From the human T2T-CHM13v2.0 reference genome, Homo sapiens: a stretch of 64,000 nt of DNA. The notes under the pieces were generated by a model. It saw only the letters and a list, made by a program, of their open reading frames with translations. It did not search any database and was not told the DNA's origin. The stretch lies in NCBI RefSeq assembly GCF_009914755.1, contig NC_060935.1. One strand, written 5' to 3'. The position numbers and the translations under genes are program-made. Of this stretch, positions 57,926-64,000 are shown one piece after another. Position 1 is the stretch's first letter. Each line of letters starts with the position of its first letter.

Positions 57926-60510
57926 TAAAAAGAAATTTAACTAACTTAAACATAATGCAATATTTTAGACAGACAGTTCAGTCACATTCTGTAAATGTGC
58001 TTTTTCAACTGTGAAATGTGAAACAATTCAATAAGTAACAAAAGAATCTATTGATATACAACTTCTGTAATGAAGTAGATTTTCAGAAGGCAATTGTGCA
58101 TACAAAAAGATATAAAGAGAGGGAAATTTTCTTACAGAAAACTGTATGAATATATTATAATACTGCAATCTGTGAAAATTATATGTGTGGTTTTCAATTA
58201 TTTTTATTATTATCTCATAGATTGCAACCAGAGAATCTTAACATATATGTGACAATTTGGTGACTTTTAGAACAAGTGACAGGGAAGATTCATGACTCTC
58301 TATATATTTGTACATACAAGTAAATAGGTATAATACACATATACACATATATATAGATACAGATGCTTGTGTGTATAAGTGCATGTATACACACATTGAT
58401 GTGTTTTTCCTTCTTTCAATATGTTAGTGAATACTAAGTGTATGCGTGTGCATAACACATACAAAAATCTAACACAATTTTCTTTGTTTCATGAAGATAT
58501 CAGAAGGCAATACTTGAATATACCAAAATATTGCTGTTCATTTGTCTTTAATGATTATATTGATTAGATTTGTATTTATATTCTTAGATAATCATATATC
58601 ATTTCCTAAAAAATAAAAGCCAAAATACTAAATTTATTCACAAGAGCCTTCCAATATAAGAACATTGGAAACCTTATGTTTCTTTCCTGATATTATCTCT
58701 ATCATCTGATTATATCACAAAAAAAATGTTTAAAGTTAAGAGTATAAATGACTAGTTTCTGGCTCCAAATCACTCCCTAGTAAGCTGAACCACCTTGACC
58801 TTCATTATATATATTTACTGTATTTATTATGGTGTTAATCAACAGAGACTATGCCCTGTTTTTTTGTTTGTTTGTTTGTTTTGAAATCTTGTTAAACTTT
58901 GTAGCATCATTCAAAACTAGAGACTTAATAGATTCCAAATAGAGATTTGTGAAAGTTTTGGTTCTGTTTACTGTGTTATTTGCAGTAAATAGATATTTTA
59001 GATTGGCAAATATCAAGCAGAGAATAGTGCTATTTCTAATATTTTAAACTGAGGAAATGTCAAGGGGAAATGAAGATTTTTATTCAATGTATTCAGAGAA
59101 AAGAAGGAATTTACTTTTATTTAATATTGTCTAATAAGGAAATTGCCCTCTGATTTTAATGTTTGTTCCTAGACTAGGCTTGGCTATATTAAATTCTAGC
59201 TGACTAGCATATCACTGGGGTTAACTGTCCACCAATTAAGAGTATTAACAAGTCATATAAGTGTATATCCACATGTAATATACTAATATATAAGTATGTA
59301 TTAATATACTAGTATATAATTGTGTATTAGAGGCTACCGTCTGCTAAGGCCTCCAGATATTTATTAAAACAAAGGAAACAGTCCACAAACCTTGATTATC
59401 AGATACTTCCCTGAGGAAAACTTACTTCTAACATCACTGAGCAGTTAAAAGTAGTAAAGTAATGACCACGTATTTCTATTCAAAGCCCTTTTACTATGCC
59501 ATCCTGGAGAAAGTGTAACTCGTTAGGTAGCTTCAAATATTAACTCGCTGCCCAAAGAGCAGACTGGAAGTAACATACATGTATATATTACACTCCTTAT
59601 ACAAAAATGTTTTAAAACAAATTGGAGAAAGTGTAACAACCAATAACATCATTTTAAGTTACAGTTACTATTCTGCACATGAGTGTACAAGAAAGTATCA
59701 TGTAACTGAATCATTGGCTGTTGCAGCAAGAGGAATTGCACTTATATAAAGTAACAGAATAAATTATTTCTGCACAGTTTAAGGTCCTGATAAATTCCTG
59801 CTCAAAGTTTTTCATTTTTATGACTCTAACTCTGAGGAATTTCAGAAAAGGCACTCCAGACCGCTTCTGTAGGAATTTTTGGAGAGAACGCCTAAATTTC
59901 AGCTCCACATAAAGCTGTACACCCTCTGATATGACCCAAAATAAGTAAAACAATATACATACCTGATGAGCTCTTGTAAACAAAGAGATTAACATGTATT
60001 CATCGTGAGTTAAAGCTCCAATACATAAAATAGCCACTTCAAAGAAAAGTGAAATAAGAATCAGAAGATTAACGGGTAGCCGGGAATTAGGACAAGTTTT
60101 AGAAGAAAGAAACCACGATAACATTTCTTAGCTATTTGCCTTTGCCCATAGTCTCATATCAGTTTCAGCAATTGACGAGTGAGAAGGCAAGTTGTTCCAA
60201 CTCCTTCCTGAGGAGCATACATAAAATAAGTGTTTGCACTGCCTGTAGTTTTACAGTGTGATTCAGTTATCCTTACACAGTAATTTTAAGTAACATAATG
60301 TTAAACAATGTCTTCTGTATTTGAAAGATATAGAGATCTAAATTGCTGTCCACCCATGTGTCAGCATTCTGGTGCCCACAGTGACCAAACAACACTTGCA
60401 CTCCTTGAAGACTGTTGTGATATTTACCCTTTTCCACTTTGGCTTTGCCTTTTATTACAAAACTCAACAAATAAGGGTAAGAACAGTGACACTTGGCTTG
60501 TTAAAAAAGT

Positions 60511-60720
60511 GCTTTTTTTTTGGTCTCTGCTGCCTGTGTATAAATAATAAGTACACCCAATGTAATTTATTGCCTATGAGTAGTTCTGTCTCACCAGACT
60601 ATGACGTGGGTAACCAATGCACAGTTAACCTGCTTTACACTAATCATATTTATTTTAAAAATGTGATTAGTTCCAGAATCCTGAGTTTCTGCACAATGCA
60701 AAAACAACCGTAAAACAGTG
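60511..60720 (+). repeat. Left arm of a 210-bp inverted repeat
   Basis: Reverse complement of 62038-62247 with a single mismatch (60533 vs 62225). Confidence 0.97.
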
Positions 60721-60879
60721 TGATTATAAAATAGTTGATTTTGAAGATGAGGAATGGAATAAAGATACAGATGAAAGAAGAATGTCATGAGGTTGATAAC
60801 TACTGAAGGTGATGGATATTGTATTGACTGTGTATATATAAAATTTCTGGGAAAAAAGTTAAAAAAAAAGTATTGGCCC

Positions 60880-61060
60880 TAGAAGGAGGTAGAATGAATA
60901 CTACTTACTTGACTTGTCAGTGACTAGCTTGTGATCTTGGACACATTTCAATCTGTGTAACTCTCAATTTCTGTGTCTATGAAATGAAGATAATATTCCT
61001 TTATAAAGCACTGCTATAAAGACAAAATGGATAATGTATTTCACTATCTAAGCATAGTTA
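60880..61060 (+). mobile_element. MIR
   Basis: 'actagcttgtgatcttggaca...ctcaatttctgtgtctatgaaatgaagataat'. Confidence 0.6.
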
Positions 61061-61147
61061 AGAACCACCATTCTCCAATATTGTGTTACTGTATGACTTA
61101 TAAAAGGTTTCCTCTCTCAAGACACCCTCTTGCTGTCTGTGAGGAAT

Positions 61148-61180
61148 ACACACACACATATACACACACACACACACACA
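61148..61180. repeat. Interrupted (CA)n microsatellite
   Basis: acacacacacatatacacacacacacacacaca. Confidence 0.9.
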
Positions 61181-62037
61181 TGCAGTATATATATAATCAC
61201 TATATATCAAAGTCAGTACAATATCCATCACCTTCAATAGTTATCAGCCTCATGCCATTCCTGTTTCATCTGTGTCTTTATCCACTCTTCATCCTCAAAA
61301 TCAACTATTATATAATCACAATTGTAAACTAACAAGAGGAATATGGAGTTATTATCAGTAATTTATGCAGTAGTATGAATAAAGGTTTAAGATTATATTT
61401 AAATTATGCCTGTGACACTGAATGCAGAAACTGAAGACTAGGGAACATCAGCAACCTTGTTGATGTCGATTGTGCTTTGCTACCCATGTAGGATAGCATT
61501 TTTACCAAGAAGGCAGGGCTCTCTCAGTAAAAATCATATTTTGAAGATATTATATTCTCAGTAGTGCTCATGTGAACATTAATGTCACATTCATTTATAC
61601 ACCACGGTTATTTATTATTAACTCACATAATTGGATCTCCCACAGGGCTGCTGATTAATAAAATATCCATGGCCTCTGTAAAGACCAATTTTCTTAATAC
61701 AAGGACATGTTAATGGGCAAAATAATTTCAAGTGCCATTTTTTGGTACATGCAATGTCCAATGTTATTTTGAATGCGTCTGCACTTTTAGATCTTCATCT
61801 GTGATTAGCTATTTTCATCTTCAATAAGCCAAGTATTGAAGAATCGAGGTCTCAATTTGCCAGAATGCTTTGGTAAGCACAAAGTATATACTTAAATGCC
61901 AAGAATTATGTGCTAATAAGTTAACAAGCGTAATCTAGCTTATCAACAGCCTGAAAATCTAAATCTCAGTATTTGTGATTTGAAACAGAATGTACAATGC
62001 ATGGAATTTCAAGAGTTGCAGACTTCCTCTCATGATC

Positions 62038-62247
62038 CACTGTTTTACGGTTGTTTTTGCATTGTGCAGAAACTCAGGATTCTGGAACTAATCACATTTT
62101 TAAAATAAATATGATTAGTGTAAAGCAGGTTAACTGTGCATTGGTTACCCACGTCATAGTCTGGTGAGACAGAACTACTCATAGGCAATAAATTACATTG
62201 GGTGTACTTATTATTTATACACAGACAGCAGAGACCAAAAAAAAAGC
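62038..62247 (-). repeat. Right arm of the 210-bp inverted repeat
   Basis: Reverse complement of 60511-60720; overlaps the 3' end of the LTR at 62119-62626. Confidence 0.97.
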
Positions 62248-62626
62248 CTAGGGTCCACTGTGAACTGGTCCCTCAGGGCTCAAGAAAGCTGCCTGAGGCA
62301 GAAGTCTCAGCTGTGTGTAGCCCTATTGCACCAAAGCTGGAGGGACTCTGTAAAGCAGCTCAACCTGGTTATAAACCTTACAGGCCATGTGAATCAATGG
62401 GCTAAAGCTTCAAAGGACGTCCTGCTTCACGCCAGAGAGAAACAAAGCCTGCATTGATCAGAGCAGTTATTTTCTAACCTAAGATGTTATATCCTCTAGG
62501 AGGGATAGGGGGATGATCTGGGCTGTTTCTGACACTCTATCCCTAGCTCAGGATATTTCATTCTTAACACATTTTATAGTTATTCTTGAGAACTACTAGT
62601 GGGAAAGGGAAGTGCACTGTCCTGCA
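62119..62626 (-). mobile_element. MER54/MER73-like ERVL solo LTR
   Basis: Minus strand tgcagg...'tagttctcaagaataactataaaatgtg'...'gttctgtctcaccagact...ggtaaccaatgcacagttaacctgctttaca'; exact TSD attag at 62114-62118 and 62627-62631. Confidence 0.85.
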
Positions 62627-62810
62627 ATTAGTAATCCCATTGAAATATTGATAGTTACATAATATAGCACAGCACACACACATACCCATGCACAAGCATT
62701 TACTAGGACTTACTTGTGATGCATTTAAACTTCATAATAAACCTAGAATCTCATCTCTTTATTATGGATGAGGAAATGAAGTCTAACAAAGCATATAACT
62801 TATTTATAGT

Positions 62811-63175
62811 AGTGTTAGTTCATTTCCATGCTACCAATAAAGATATACCCAAGTCTGAGTAATTTATAAAGAAAAGAAGTTTAATGGACTCACAGTTCCA
62901 CATGGCTGGGAAGGCCTCACGATCATGGCAAAAGGTGAAGAAAAAGCAAAGGCACTTCTTACATGGTGGCAGGCAAGAGAGTGTATGCAGGGGAAGTGCC
63001 TTTTATAAAACTATCAGGTCTTGTGGGACTTATTCACTATCACAAGAACACCATGAGAAAAAAACCGCCCCTATTATTCATTTAACTCCTACTGGGTCCC
63101 TCCCAAGACACAGGAGGATTATGGGAGCTACAGTTCAAGATGAGATTTGGATGGGGACACAGCCAAACCATATCA
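62811..63175 (-). mobile_element. THE1B/C solo LTR inserted in a MIR
   Basis: 'tttaatggactcacagttccacatggctgggaaggcctcac...ggggacacagccaaaccatatca'; near-TSD atagt/atggt. Confidence 0.92.
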
Positions 63176-63692
63176 ATGGTCACATACCTAGTAAAGCTTA
63201 GAATCAAGAAAACAACTCAAGCATTTAAAAAATTAAATATTTTGTTTTATTGACTATTCTTGTTTTATCTTTTATTCTTGCACTAATTCAATTATCAAAC
63301 CATATAATACCAGTGCACTACTATTTCCGTTATAGCTGTTCTACTTCAGGTCAATATAATCTATGCCTTAACTATACACCTGATATTCTAAATGGCCATC
63401 CTCTTTCTTATTTCTCCCCCTCTAGACTGTTCTAAATATGGCCAAAGGATTCCTAAAGCATAGTTTGGGTGACGTCATTCTCGTCTTCAAAAAACTGTCT
63501 ATGTACTCATTGCCTACTCAATTGTTAGTGTTATGGGAGAATGTTAGAATTGAAGAATCTCCAACAATTCTTAGTCAAGAAATGGAATTTGTTACTAACA
63601 TTCCTGTAAAAGCACTGCCGTAGCATGACATAAAAAACTTGCAAAAAAATTTGTTCTGCAATCTATGACCACATACCAGCCAAACTACCCAT

Positions 63693-63734
63693 TGTGTGTG
63701 TGTGTGTGTGTTTGTGAGTGTGTGTGTGTATGTA
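63693..63734. repeat. Imperfect (TG)n microsatellite
   Basis: TG run with tt/ag interruptions. Confidence 0.9.
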
Positions 63735-63949
63735 TATTTTTCCCCTGAGGGCAACATTCAAAAATACCTGACAAGCATATGATATTACTCACTCAGCTAA
63801 GTACATATATATTTTACTTGCTTTTATCTTTTTTCATACTCTTGATAGAGAATTCTCTTGAAATAAAGTAGTTAATACAGTTGACTCAAGGTATATTTAC
63901 TCCCTTTACCAAAGGGTAGATTAGATAGACTTCTAGGGGAGAAAGTAAA

Positions 63950-63995
63950 ATATATATACGTATACATATATATGTATATTATATATATATATACA
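63950..63995. repeat. (TA)n-rich low-complexity tract
   Basis: atatatatacgtatacatatatatgtatattatatatatat. Confidence 0.8.
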
Positions 63996-64000
63996 CGTAC

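Noticed and set aside
59711-60124. 137-aa ORF as a protein-coding gene
   Set aside because: No recognisable domain. Only an internal 74-nt exon candidate is kept, at low confidence.
60511-62247. Inverted arms as TIRs of a novel DNA transposon, or as a polyadenylated retrocopy
   Set aside because: No TSD outside the arms and no transposase in the spacer. The right arm is continuous with a pre-existing LTR. The A9 run lies inside the LTR, and the shared sequence extends past it (gc).

Overview
AT-rich, gene-poor primate (human-like) nuclear DNA, intergenic or deep intronic, made up largely of interspersed repeats: Alu J/S/Y, L1PA to L1M, L2, MIR, THE1/MST/MLT1, ERVL LTRs with an ERVL internal relic, and hAT MITEs. 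I cannot support any intact protein-coding gene, RNA gene or CRISPR array. The listed ORFs are chance ORFs or decayed L1/Alu/ERVL frames. I found no new gene system. The unusual signal is structural: (1) a 210-bp, 209/210-identical inverted duplication (60511-60720 / 62038-62247) flanking 1.3 kb, cut through an ancient LTR, which looks like an inversion or template-switch scar; (2) a twin-primed L1PA with target-site duplications (TSDs), carrying a MER11 remnant in place of part of its RT domain; (3) two short locally templated insertions copied from 1.4-1.9 kb away, one at the 5' junction of an L1; (4) smaller fold-back and tandem micro-rearrangements. Repeat subfamily names come from recalled consensus sequences, and boundaries without TSDs are approximate.
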